This document shows positions 1-9,407 of a DNA stretch of 64,000 nucleotides, piece after piece. Positions within the stretch are counted from its first letter, which is position 1. Each line of letters begins with the position of its first letter. Under the pieces are notes generated by a model. It did not search any database and was not told where the DNA came from. It worked only from the letters and a program-made list of their open reading frames with translations. A program made the position numbers and the translations under genes. Source of the DNA: Candidatus Lloydbacteria bacterium (lineage in GTDB: Bacteria; Patescibacteriota; Minisyncoccia; Phycocordibacterales; UBA6899); the NCBI GenBank assembly GCA_043719805.1, contig JAYSTI010000015.1:4881-68880 (forward strand). The letters are read 5' to 3'.

Positions 1-440
1 CCAATCGAGCTGCGCAAAAGATCCTTGTTTTTGTAAATAGTAAGCGGGTACCGCTCTAATAGTTCCCCGACGACCTTCGAGCATGCTTCTTCAATGTCCC
101 AATAAGAAACACCCCGACAGTATGCGCCGTTTTGCAACTCCGTTGAGCCATCAGTTATTGTGCCGTTCACGCTTGCGAGGAGTCGCAAGCCGTATAGCTT
201 TGGCTCGTCGTTCATCATGGTGTCAAAATTTGCGCTTGGGTATTGTGTGATCCCCTGCTGGAAAAGATAGGCAAACAACGTTTGCCATTTGTCGGGAATA
301 GGATAATCAAAATTTGGGAAACTCCACGCCTGTTCCCCGGCGATGATGGGTGTAATTGTTGTGCGCACGGTAAGCAGTGCGCGCATAAGCGGTGAAAGCG
401 GGCTATTAAATCTTCCCGGGGAGAGGCTGAGGTGCCGCAT
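1..440 (-). CDS. Hypothetical protein, 3'-truncated at the window edge. The N-terminus reads MRHLSLSPGRF and the frame stays open down to position 1. This ORF is not in the supplied track because it has no in-window stop.
   Basis: I translated the reverse strand by eye from 549 down to 1 and met no stop codon. The first ATG is at 440..438. The frame differs from that of the overlapping upstream gene. Confidence 0.3.
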   Translation of the reverse strand, partial: MRHLSLSPGRFNSPLSPLMRALLTVRTTITPIIAGEQAWSFPNFDYPIPDKWQTLFAYLFQQGITQYPSANFDTMMNDEPKLYGLRLLASVNGTITDGSTELQNGAYCRGVSYWDIEEACSKVVGELLERYPLTIYKNKDLLRSSI

Positions 441-549
441 CGTTTCGGAAAATAATTCCGGACTTACCCGCCTCTCAGGAATAAAATATTGACGGTCATC
501 AGTAGCCGCCTCATTTCGGATTTTTTTTACCTCAGGATTTGATGATTCT

Positions 550-2391
550 TTAGTATTTTGCATATGTGTTTATCGCAGGCAACATGCGGGTGATTCCATA
601 TAATACATGACCGGCAGCATCAATCCAAGCGTTGGGGTGCATCGGGTCATGCCGAAAGCCACCCCACATCCTCGCCTGCATGTCTTCCTGTATAAAAAAA
701 GTATTTTCCTCGTTGTATTGCATGCGTTGTAGCCAACCTTGAGTACGCGCCAATACTTCACGTGGTACGAATTCGTTACCTGCAAGTACCTCGAATATTT
801 TTCCAACACCACGCGTGTACACAAACGTTGAGTTGCTGCAATTTGGAAAAGAGCCATCGGGACGTTGGTGTGAAAGAAGCCACAGCATAACATCAGCGTG
901 AACTGTTTTGTCGACATGGAGGCTTGCGACAGCAAGCTCAGCCCATAGCGCGAGACTAGGGGAGCCATCCTTTCTTGCGCGTGTGAAGCGTTGATAGAGC
1001 TGCGCAATACGCACTTTGGAAATTGCATGCGCACGTGCGGTTGGACTTTCAGACATGATAAAACTCACAGTTTGGCATAAACTGATGGGGTCAGTTGCTG
1101 ATGGGGAATCGAGATACGGGAGCAATTTTTCTTTTATCAACACGTTCGCACGAGTGTCGCCAAGTGCGCTTGCTAGTTGCCCGGTATAAGCGAGAATGAG
1201 CATAATATTTTCCCCTGCCTTTTTCTCTAACTCCGGAAGGTGGGTCATGAGGTAGCTGAAACTTTTTTGCGCTCCAGCTACGAAGCGAGCGTTTTTGGTA
1301 TGTGCGCCAAAGTGTGCGAGTGCCAGGGCGGTAAACGCGAGTCGCACCCAGTCGACTTGTGCGCCGAGGGCACCCCGCACATTGAGAATCGGGGGTATAT
1401 TTCCGTCCTTGTCCTGTCTGAGGAGTAGCCAGTCTGCCGCAAGTATCCCCATTTTTTGTAGTATTTCTATACCCACACCCTTCGTTGTCGCGATCACCGG
1501 ACCATGCAGTGTAAGTACTGAGTGGTGGTCGGTTGACTCGATGAAGTCGTCGACTTCAAAGATATGCACTTCACTTTGAGAAATATCACCATGGTTGATT
1601 CCCGCTTTTTCCCGGCCGAGCGAAGCGATTAGTTCAGTGAGCGTCCCAAATTCGCGAATATTGAAAATTTCAGGTAAATATAATCCTGACTGTTTTCCAT
1701 TTTTTATGAGATATCCCTTCTCGACGTAGACCTCATTTCTTGCCAACTCCTCTTTCGTGAGTGGAAAGGCAAGTGGGCTAAGGATGGTAATTTCAATACG
1801 GACGCGCTCAAGCTCTTCTCGCGTCACCGGTTTAAAGCGTAGGTCCATCATGGCCTCTCTAGTGGAGGAGCGTATTGCCGCGTCAACGGTCTGCCTTGAG
1901 GTGACATGTGACCCACGCATACAGCCTCCCACCCAGAGTGCGACTCCGATATGCGCCATTGCATTTTCGTGCGCCGCCGCCGACTCCGCAGCCTCGCTAC
2001 TGCCCGGATTTTCCCAATACTCCTTCATTGCCGCACGCGCAGAAGCAAATGCATGTTTTTTTTCTTCTATTGAAAGTGGAAAACGGAGCGGTCGAGCGCC
2101 ATTGCTGCGGTCTATTTTTTCTTCCACGGAAATTAATGGAGACGCAAAAAGCGTTACAAAACCCTCGGTGGGGAGTAATGCATCGAACGAGAGGCGAAAA
2201 GTCTCAACACCCTGCGCCACCGCGCTGTGCCATTTGGGGTTTCTGGGGTTAAGAGGAAATCGAAATTGGTAGTAGGCGTTGTGAGCGTCTTGCGTGACGC
2301 ACACCACATCGTCTTCTCGTGCGATAGTGCCAATCCATCGCATTGCGTGATTGATGAGCGTGCGACGTGCGGCCCGCCTTCGAAAGTTCAT
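550..2391 (-). CDS. AMMECR1-domain protein fused to a C-terminal alpha/alpha-toroid domain of the prenyltransferase/squalene-cyclase-like QxxDGSF repeat type
   Basis: A 613-aa ORF. The N-terminal ~180 aa resemble AMMECR1 (GVETFRLSFDALLPTEGFVTLFASPL). The C-terminal half carries repeats such as LLSHQRPDGSFPN and MWGGFRHD, typical of terpenoid-cyclase/prenyltransferase folds. Confidence 0.5.
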   Translation of the reverse strand: MNFRRRAARRTLINHAMRWIGTIAREDDVVCVTQDAHNAYYQFRFPLNPRNPKWHSAVAQGVETFRLSFDALLPTEGFVTLFASPLISVEEKIDRSNGARPLRFPLSIEEKKHAFASARAAMKEYWENPGSSEAAESAAAHENAMAHIGVALWVGGCMRGSHVTSRQTVDAAIRSSTREAMMDLRFKPVTREELERVRIEITILSPLAFPLTKEELARNEVYVEKGYLIKNGKQSGLYLPEIFNIREFGTLTELIASLGREKAGINHGDISQSEVHIFEVDDFIESTDHHSVLTLHGPVIATTKGVGIEILQKMGILAADWLLLRQDKDGNIPPILNVRGALGAQVDWVRLAFTALALAHFGAHTKNARFVAGAQKSFSYLMTHLPELEKKAGENIMLILAYTGQLASALGDTRANVLIKEKLLPYLDSPSATDPISLCQTVSFIMSESPTARAHAISKVRIAQLYQRFTRARKDGSPSLALWAELAVASLHVDKTVHADVMLWLLSHQRPDGSFPNCSNSTFVYTRGVGKIFEVLAGNEFVPREVLARTQGWLQRMQYNEENTFFIQEDMQARMWGGFRHDPMHPNAWIDAAGHVLYGITRMLPAINTYAKY

Positions 2392-2392
2392 A

Positions 2393-3121
2393 TTATTTTC
2401 CTAGTGCAAACCCATAAACGATAGACTCCGTAGTCCCATCGATATCCAGCAGTTGTTCGAGCATGTCGTCTATTGTGCCTCCAACGGCACAAGACTTAAT
2501 GCCAAGCGCCGAAGCAACGAGGCTGATATTTTGTCCGATATGTCCCGCTTCGAGAAAGATATAGCGATATCCGCGTTCACCATATTTGATCATTGACCGA
2601 GCGAAAGTCGCAGAGAGAAGTAGTACGCATCCAGCGTTGCCCACCCATCCATATGTAAATAATTTCGACATATCTTCGTCGGTGAAAGTTCTTTCCCAGA
2701 GTGCAGTGAGTGAATGTGCTCTGACATCATAATGGTAGAGCCCGGAAGGAAGTCCCGGCGATGGAACGATATTGAGGAGATATGACTCAATAGGATAACG
2801 GCTGCCCCCTGAAGGTTGCGCGCGATGGCCACCTTCACTCACTATGCCGCAGGAGTATTTCAGAAGTGTCCCCAGCTCATCTTTGAGAATGGGTTTTCTG
2901 GCAAAATCACGAACTGAGTTACGCGAAGCGAGTTTTTCAAAGAGATCTGCTTTTTGTACGTGGTCAGGGAGGGGGATCTTCTTGAATCGCGGATAAGATT
3001 TATGGTGTATTGTACGCCATTCTATCGGCCAGTCGTTTGGGTCACGTGGAAAAGGAGAGACATACCCATCCCTTATCTTTGAGGCGTGGTGGAAAAGCAT
3101 AGCGAAGTTCTTAGCATCCAT
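2393..3121 (-). CDS. SagB-type dehydrogenase (nitroreductase superfamily, McbC/SagB-like)
   Basis: A 242-aa ORF with the SagB signature: RNSVRDF...GHRAQPSGGSRYPIESYLLN...GLYHYD. The FMN-nitroreductase-like C-terminal half is present. It lies 1 bp from the gene at 550..2391, suggesting an operon. Confidence 0.65.
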   Translation of the reverse strand: MDAKNFAMLFHHASKIRDGYVSPFPRDPNDWPIEWRTIHHKSYPRFKKIPLPDHVQKADLFEKLASRNSVRDFARKPILKDELGTLLKYSCGIVSEGGHRAQPSGGSRYPIESYLLNIVPSPGLPSGLYHYDVRAHSLTALWERTFTDEDMSKLFTYGWVGNAGCVLLLSATFARSMIKYGERGYRYIFLEAGHIGQNISLVASALGIKSCAVGGTIDDMLEQLLDIDGTTESIVYGFALGK

Positions 3122-3181
3122 TATCGCACTATAGCAACGGCATAGAGTTTTATCAATATCAGCATGCTATAATCACAACCT

Positions 3182-3940
3182 ATGCAAATGTTGAAAGAAA
3201 AGATTTTTTTCGTCGCAATAACATACATTTTTCTTTTGGCGATGCTTGCCATTTCGTACGTTTGGTTTTTTCCGAAAACTATAGCAGGAGAATTATTCTT
3301 TGGTGGCTATGCACCTCTATATAATATCAAGCTGGCGAAGTTTAGTTATGAACAGTCGCTTCGCTTTGACGCTGTAAACGGCATTCCGCCGCCGTATGCA
3401 CACTATCAGCTTTCCCGCATTGCTTTTATCCAGGGCGACCTTCGCACGGCACTCAATGAGATCGACATCGAACTCGAGGTATACCCCGCCCACATGCACG
3501 CAAACTATGTTAAAGGTTTGACGCTTGCATACATGCGTCGCGACCAAGAGGCGATTGACGCATTTGCGAAGTTCATTGTTTACAAACCGCTGAGTTGGGC
3601 GGCGCGTAATGACAAGGCATGGCTCCATTTTCGCCTTGGTGATATTGACGAGGCCCTCGACACCATCATTCCTGCAGTTGTGCCGTACCCGGAGAACCCG
3701 TGGGTGCTCAACACCTACGGAGTTATGCTCATGAATAAGGGGGAATATGCAGAGGCCCAAAAACAGCTATCGCGCGGTTTGTTGGTTGTTAATCAAATGA
3801 CGGAGAAAGAATGGGGAGAGTCGTACCCAGGAAACTCTCCACAAATTTGGGAACGGGGGCTCGATGTGTTCCGCAAATCTTTGGCAGAGAACCTTGTGCT
3901 TACTAATCAGCATTTATCAACCCAGGGGGGTGGTCACTAG
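3182..3940 (+). CDS. Membrane-anchored tetratricopeptide-repeat protein
   Basis: There is an N-terminal TM helix (FFVAITYIFLLAMLAISYVWFF) followed by TPR-like helical repeats. Confidence 0.55.
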   Translation: MQMLKEKIFFVAITYIFLLAMLAISYVWFFPKTIAGELFFGGYAPLYNIKLAKFSYEQSLRFDAVNGIPPPYAHYQLSRIAFIQGDLRTALNEIDIELEVYPAHMHANYVKGLTLAYMRRDQEAIDAFAKFIVYKPLSWAARNDKAWLHFRLGDIDEALDTIIPAVVPYPENPWVLNTYGVMLMNKGEYAEAQKQLSRGLLVVNQMTEKEWGESYPGNSPQIWERGLDVFRKSLAENLVLTNQHLSTQGGGH

Positions 3941-3970
3941 TGTTTATTATTCTCCGATGCTATATAATAT

Positions 3971-4543
3971 ATGAATATGGAAAAAGGAAAAAACTTTCGT
4001 TCGCATGTTAAGAAATTAAAGTCTAGCCTATTGCCTGCCATTGGCGCGGTATCGTTTACGCTGTTGGTCGTTTTTTTGGGTAGTTTTGTGATTGCCGGAG
4101 GAGGAGCGCCCGCACTTGCTGAATTACATTTTGCGGGCCACTCAATACTTGGAAGTCGCGCGGGGTCGGTTGTTCCCGCAAGCTGCGAAAGCAATCCTCC
4201 AACAAACCATTTTGACGGAGACTGTCCATCGGTGGTAACGGTGGGCTTAAGTCCCGGTGACCCGCGCGTGAGCGCATGGATTACCGCAACTCCTGACACG
4301 CCGCGGCCAGGAGATTCGGTCACTGTTGCATGGGGGTCAACTGGTGCGACGAGCTGCATATCCAGCTGGACGCGGGCGGAGGTTGGGATAAGTGGAGCGG
4401 TGGTCCTCGGCGCGCCGAATATTTGCGAAAACGGTTACGCGTATGTTGTTTACTGTTCGAACGTGCAAGGTTTTTATAGTAAGCCTAGTGCAGACATTTA
4501 TGTCGAGTGGGCTAATCCTCCATGTTCAGGACCTCAGCGGTAG
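3971..4543 (+). CDS. Hypothetical secreted or membrane-anchored protein
   Basis: A 190-aa ORF with an N-terminal TM/signal segment and a Cys-containing Ser/Gly-rich body. A TATATAAT box lies just upstream. Confidence 0.4.
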   Translation: MNMEKGKNFRSHVKKLKSSLLPAIGAVSFTLLVVFLGSFVIAGGGAPALAELHFAGHSILGSRAGSVVPASCESNPPTNHFDGDCPSVVTVGLSPGDPRVSAWITATPDTPRPGDSVTVAWGSTGATSCISSWTRAEVGISGAVVLGAPNICENGYAYVVYCSNVQGFYSKPSADIYVEWANPPCSGPQR

Positions 4544-4552
4544 GCGCGACAG

Positions 4553-5684
4553 CATGCCCAAAAGTCATGTCTCTAGCTTCAGGCGCTTTTCTTGCCATGT
4601 AGCATGGCGCAAAGTGAAGACAAATTGTACTCAAAAATCACAATGCGTTGTTTTAGGTAGTTTTTTCTTTGCCCTTTGTGTTTCCACCTTGCTTTTTTCT
4701 AGTTTCGGTTTTTCAAAAAAGAGTAACCCTCCACATCTTTTTGTTTCGTACAACAATGCCACAGTAAACGGAGGACCGATTACTGCGATCGATCTCTCAA
4801 CGCTGGTGGCGAGTAGGCCGGACATCGACGCTTCGGTGTGTGATGGTATGGCATATCTCCCCACGCTCTCATCGGTCAGTTTTTACTGCCAAGGTTCTCG
4901 TTTGGGTCGTCAGTTTTGGACCTTTCATCTCAACGCGCTTGATGCTCGTCCTGCGTTCGGTGGATCAAGCGCGGTATTTCGACATCCACGCATGGTTGTC
5001 GATACGAGAGGTAGCGCCTTCTTTTCTGCGGGCGGCCCGCTTTCTTCACATGGGAACAATGCTCATGTTGTTATGCGGGGAGAAGACGGGTCACATGAAG
5101 TTGCAATTTCTGACGCACATCATAGTTTATATATCACGGAGCTTTTGCTTGATGAGGTGCGGGGCAAGCTGTGGGTCCTCAGTATGGGAGAGGCAGGGTA
5201 CACGCGACTCGACCGAATGGACATTGCAACACATCAGATAGACCTCTCAGTTCCGCTTCCCGTGCATTCTGCGTGGGGAATAATGAAAAATGGCGATCAG
5301 CTTGTGGTGGGCACATATCGGTCCTCTTTAGGTAAAGATGCATTTGTCTTTGATCTTGGTACGGGAAAAGAATCAGTATCGTTTGCCCTTCCGGTCGGAG
5401 GTGCAGGATATGTTGCGAAGGCGATGCTTGTAATGCCAAATGAAATCCTTATTGCAACCCAAGGTGGAGTGTTTCACCTCGACAAGGCAACCTACGGCAT
5501 AATAGGTTTTTCCACGACAAGTCCTGGAGATGCATTTACCAGGATGGTTGCTGACGATGCCTACATCTACGCAATAAACAGTTACGACAGCATTGTGCGC
5601 CTTAATGCGTCGGGCCTTGACCAAGAAGAGGTAATCCTGGCGGGGAACGGTGCTGGTGCGATGGAGATTCTCCTTGTCCCGTGA
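4553..5684 (+). CDS. Hypothetical secreted protein, possibly beta-propeller-like. The start is uncertain: the track ORF begins at 4392 and overlaps the previous gene.
   Basis: ORF 4392..5684. The internal Met at 4553 precedes a hydrophobic signal-like segment (VVLGSFFFALCVSTLLFSSFGF). Confidence 0.4.
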
Positions 5685-5740
5685 TTGTGCTTGGAGTGCA
5701 AGCGAATTTCCCAACAACCTGAAAAAGTTGTATTATTGGG

Positions 5741-5746
5741 TGTATA
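5741..5746 (+). promoter_or_regulatory. TATAAT -10-like box 12 bp upstream of the proposed start of the InlB-repeat protein gene
   Basis: The sequence reads ggtgTATAATaaaaaagctATG. The short leader is consistent with a leaderless or short-leader transcript. Confidence 0.3.
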
Positions 5747-5757
5747 ATAAAAAAGCT

Positions 5758-8412
5758 ATGCAAAGAAAATACCTACTATTTTTTTCGATGATTGTGATCT
5801 TGTTTTTTGGAGGCAAAGAAACTGTCTTCGCGGGGAATACTATTGATATTGAGCGCGGCACAGTGTCCTATATTGCCTGGACAGTTACACTTGCAGGTGC
5901 ATGTGCGCCTTCGACAACATATCCAGACCCTAACACTCCATCTGTTTCACTTCGCGATGCGTGGATGAGTGGAGTAGGTGGGGCATCAAGTGGGGCAATT
6001 TTCCTTCCTCCGGCTAACAACGTCGGCACGTGGACGTTTACCTGTACGCATATCGCAACAGCACTGGATACGGCAACTCCTTCGGATACTTCGACGCTTA
6101 ATGTGCGCGATTGTCCTTTTTATGGAAAAACTTGGGATGGTTCGACGTGTACGACCGCCCGCACCGTCACCTTCGACGCCAATGGCGGGTCGGGTTCAAT
6201 GGCCAATCAGGTTGCGAGCGTCTCAACCGCACTCACTGCGAACTCCTACACACGCGCCGGGTACACATTCAATGGCTGGAACACTGTTGCAGGTGCCGGG
6301 GGAACAGCATATGCAGACAGCGCCGCATACTCTTTTGCTGCAAATGCCACCCTCTATGCACAGTGGACAGCGCTCCCCGTATACACTCTCACCTTTGACG
6401 GCTGGGGCAGTACCGGTGGTGCAACCGCACTCATGAATATTCCGCAAGGCAATACTGTTCCACTCAACCTAAACGGCTACACCCGCACCGGATTTACCTT
6501 CAACGGGTGGAGCACAATTGCAGGTGGTGGCGGGACCTTATACGCCGACGGTGCGAACTACACCATGGGTGGAGCAAACGCCACTCTTTATGCGAGGTGG
6601 GTGGCAGTTCCCGTATACACCCTCACCTTTAACGGCAATGGTGCAGACGGCGGCGCAACCCCACTCATGAACATTGCACAGGGCGCAACGACACCTCTCA
6701 ACTTAAACGGCTTCACCCGTACCGGATTCAATTTCAACGGATGGAACACCTTGGCCGGAGGCGGAGGAACCGCATACGGCAACGGTGCGAACTACACCAT
6801 GGGTGGAGCAAACGCCACCCTCTATGCACAGTGGACTGCTGTTCCAGCCCCCGTCGTCACCGTCACCGGCGCAACAGTAAATGGAGGCACCGGAAACGGC
6901 AGCCGTTCCGCATACTATGGAGAAGCGGCAACTGTGAACTGGGCTGCAACCAATGGCGCCACTTCATGTTCCGTATACAGAAATGCAGTACTCGTCGGCC
7001 CATACGCATATCCCGGTACCTCGTCATACGTCACACCTGCACTTACAGCAGATGACAACTACCGCGTCGACTGTACGAACGGAACACTGGGAACAGGAAA
7101 CACAATTACCTTCATTATACCTCCGGTCCCGACAATCGTTGATGCTACGTGTCCTGTCCCTGGCAACAGCATGACCCTTAACTGGACACTTCCCGGCGTA
7201 TACACTGAAACGTATGTCCGTGCATACCGGACTCCTCCCGCATTCATCGATTGGACATCTGCCTGTTCACCCGCACAAGTCGCACCGAACGGCACCTGTT
7301 CCGTTGTGGTCGGCACCACGTTCACCATGGCAGCTACTCCGGGTCAGCAATACTATTGGTATATTCATACCAAGCACGCGAATACGAATTACAGTAATTC
7401 GGTGGGAGCAGGTGCGCCGTTTACGTGTACGCCCACTGCGCCAACAGTAACGGCCACACTAAATGGAGCCATTGCGCCGGTCACCATTCCCTCCGAAGGT
7501 TCCTTCACGCTCGCCATGTCCTCGACCGATGCAACTGCCTGTACGTGGGAACGTATCTCGACAAATAATCTCTTAGTTCCCTCATTTGCCCCGGCGCCGA
7601 TCCCCGTGCCTCTTGGTGGGCCATTCCAGCTCACTCCGCTTCTTCTGTCCGGTTGGCAGGGACCGGTAACGGTAACTCATAAGTTTGTTTGCTCGAACTT
7701 ATCCGGAAGTGACTCAAAATCGGTAGTGGTCACCGTGAACACCCCCGTTCCGCAGATAACAACAAACCCAGTTAATAATCTTGCTTTTGGTGATGTTCCA
7801 CTCAACAACATCCGCACAATGACATTCACCATGCAGAATACCGGACAGATTGGTTCAACACTCGCAGGTACGGTTACTACCGGAAGCGGACGCTTTGTTT
7901 GTACCGCTGGATGTGTGTACAATCTCGCCCAAGGCGCACCGGCGCAAACGGTCACCATGGAATTCACTCCAACCGCAAATGGAACTCTCAGTTTCCCCGC
8001 ACTCTTTAATGGAGTCGCAGAAAATACCCCGATTAATCCACTCGTGCTTTCCGGAAAGGGTATCCCCGCAGTCATCATGTTGCCTCCGTCAATCAATTTC
8101 GGTAGCGTCCCCATCATCCGCACCAAGGACATCACCTTCACGATTGTGAATATCGGTGCAGGCAACCTCGGACCTTCGACATTCGGCTTCGCTCCCCTTG
8201 GCGGGCCATACACCTGTGTTTCAGGGGCTACTTGCGCAGCCGGTGGCATCAACCTCAATTCCGGAGTTGTGAACACGGTCACCATTCGCTTCACACCAAC
8301 CGCAGCTATCGTGTACCCCCTATACAACGGAACACTGACCGGGCAACCGCTCTATATGGTCCCCATCAATGGTACGGGAGCGCAGCCGGTATTTGATGTG
8401 AAGGAGAGATAG
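5758..8412 (+). CDS. Large secreted adhesin-like protein. It carries three Listeria/Bacteroides (InlB B-repeat / Flg_new) repeats followed by choice-of-anchor-D / ASH-like Ig-fold domains.
   Basis: The signal peptide is MQRKYLLFFSMIVILFFGG. Three repeats match the Flg_new pattern (V/LTFDxNGG...GYTFNGWNT...ATLYAQW). The C-terminal units resemble FGxVPLNxxxTMTFTxxNTG. Confidence 0.75.
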   Translation: MQRKYLLFFSMIVILFFGGKETVFAGNTIDIERGTVSYIAWTVTLAGACAPSTTYPDPNTPSVSLRDAWMSGVGGASSGAIFLPPANNVGTWTFTCTHIATALDTATPSDTSTLNVRDCPFYGKTWDGSTCTTARTVTFDANGGSGSMANQVASVSTALTANSYTRAGYTFNGWNTVAGAGGTAYADSAAYSFAANATLYAQWTALPVYTLTFDGWGSTGGATALMNIPQGNTVPLNLNGYTRTGFTFNGWSTIAGGGGTLYADGANYTMGGANATLYARWVAVPVYTLTFNGNGADGGATPLMNIAQGATTPLNLNGFTRTGFNFNGWNTLAGGGGTAYGNGANYTMGGANATLYAQWTAVPAPVVTVTGATVNGGTGNGSRSAYYGEAATVNWAATNGATSCSVYRNAVLVGPYAYPGTSSYVTPALTADDNYRVDCTNGTLGTGNTITFIIPPVPTIVDATCPVPGNSMTLNWTLPGVYTETYVRAYRTPPAFIDWTSACSPAQVAPNGTCSVVVGTTFTMAATPGQQYYWYIHTKHANTNYSNSVGAGAPFTCTPTAPTVTATLNGAIAPVTIPSEGSFTLAMSSTDATACTWERISTNNLLVPSFAPAPIPVPLGGPFQLTPLLLSGWQGPVTVTHKFVCSNLSGSDSKSVVVTVNTPVPQITTNPVNNLAFGDVPLNNIRTMTFTMQNTGQIGSTLAGTVTTGSGRFVCTAGCVYNLAQGAPAQTVTMEFTPTANGTLSFPALFNGVAENTPINPLVLSGKGIPAVIMLPPSINFGSVPIIRTKDITFTIVNIGAGNLGPSTFGFAPLGGPYTCVSGATCAAGGINLNSGVVNTVTIRFTPTAAIVYPLYNGTLTGQPLYMVPINGTGAQPVFDVKER

Positions 8413-8430
8413 CAAAAAGATGAGCAAATC

Positions 8431-8456
8431 AAAAACCACCCTTCGGGTGGTTTTTG
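8431..8456 (+). terminator. Rho-independent terminator after the 5758..8412 gene
   Basis: The hairpin is aaaaaccaccc-ttcg-gggtggttttt, followed by T residues. Confidence 0.6.
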
Positions 8457-8457
8457 T

Positions 8458-8463
8458 TATAAT
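8458..8463 (+). promoter_or_regulatory. TATAAT box 7 bp before the ATG of the DJ-1 gene. The transcript is probably leaderless.
   Basis: The sequence reads gtTATAATggggacATG. Confidence 0.3.
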
Positions 8464-8469
8464 GGGGAC

Positions 8470-9003
8470 ATGGCGAAAATACTTTTTCTCGTCGCGCAGA
8501 CAGGCTTTCAAACCAAAGAATACAACGACTCAAAAAACGCGCTCACGCTTGCCGGGCACACCGTGACAACCGCATCGCGCGACGGCGGCATTGCGGTATC
8601 AACCGCAGATGAATCAATAGAAACCGACCTCAAGCTTCCTGACGTGCTTGTTGCTGATTACGACGGAGTGTTCATCATCGGAGGCCCGGGGTGCCTTACT
8701 CATCTTGATACCGAAGAGACGGTGCGCATCATGCGTGAAGCAAAAGAGAATGAGAAAATTATCTACGGGGCTATCTGCATTGCTCCGCGCATTCTCGCGA
8801 AGGCAAAATTGCTCAGCGGTGTGCATATTACCGCTTGGGACAATGACGGCAAACTTGGAACGATCTGTGAGAGTGGCGGATGTGTCCATGATTTACGCCC
8901 CGTCGTGCGCGATGGTCGCGTCATCACCGCAAATGGCCCGCAGTCGGCAAAAGATTTTGGAGAGACGATAGTCGCGACGCTTGCCGCGTCGGCTTCACGA
9001 TGA
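8470..9003 (+). CDS. DJ-1/PfpI family protein (class I glutamine-amidotransferase-like)
   Basis: A 177-aa ORF with the nucleophile-elbow motif AICIAP and DJ-1/PfpI-like length and fold signals. Confidence 0.75.
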   Translation: MAKILFLVAQTGFQTKEYNDSKNALTLAGHTVTTASRDGGIAVSTADESIETDLKLPDVLVADYDGVFIIGGPGCLTHLDTEETVRIMREAKENEKIIYGAICIAPRILAKAKLLSGVHITAWDNDGKLGTICESGGCVHDLRPVVRDGRVITANGPQSAKDFGETIVATLAASASR

Positions 9004-9227
9004 CCGACTACCGCATCAAAGTGCTTGCCGAACAAAGAAAGGAAGGCGTGGTGCTTGCACGCGACGGACGACTACTTGTATCAGTAAAAGCGAAGAGGGT
9101 AGAGTGGCGAGCGAATGAACGTGCGCTCTTTCTTATCGCAGAGTATCTCGCCATTCCCGTCGCCGACATTTCTATCGTTTGCGGTCATAATTTGCCGACT
9201 AAGACGATACGTGTTGGCACGAATTAG
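9000..9227 (+). CDS. DUF167/YggU-family small protein
   Basis: A 75-aa ORF. The pattern VKAKRVEWRANERALFLIAEYLAIPVADISIVCGHNLPTKTI matches the YggU-like consensus. Confidence 0.55.
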   Translation: MTDYRIKVLAEQRKEGVVLARDGRLLVSVKAKRVEWRANERALFLIAEYLAIPVADISIVCGHNLPTKTIRVGTN

Positions 9228-9407
9228 CAGAACTCAGGGCCACTTTAGTGGGGTGAAATTGTTCTGGCGTACGGCAGTGAAGCATTGTACAATACATTCG
9301 TTTTAATTCGCCCTCATTCCGCAGAAACATGCATTCGTTAAGGCCTCATCCATTAGTGTGTTGCTAAAAAAATGGATGATGCACAAAGGGCACGTGAGTG
9401 AGCTGAT

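Noticed and set aside
570-2272. Overlapping ORFs 570..1034(-), 1295..1579(+), 1757..2272(+) and 1908..2252(+)
   Set aside because: All are nested within the 613-aa AMMECR1-fusion gene on alternative frames or strands. None has any domain signal.
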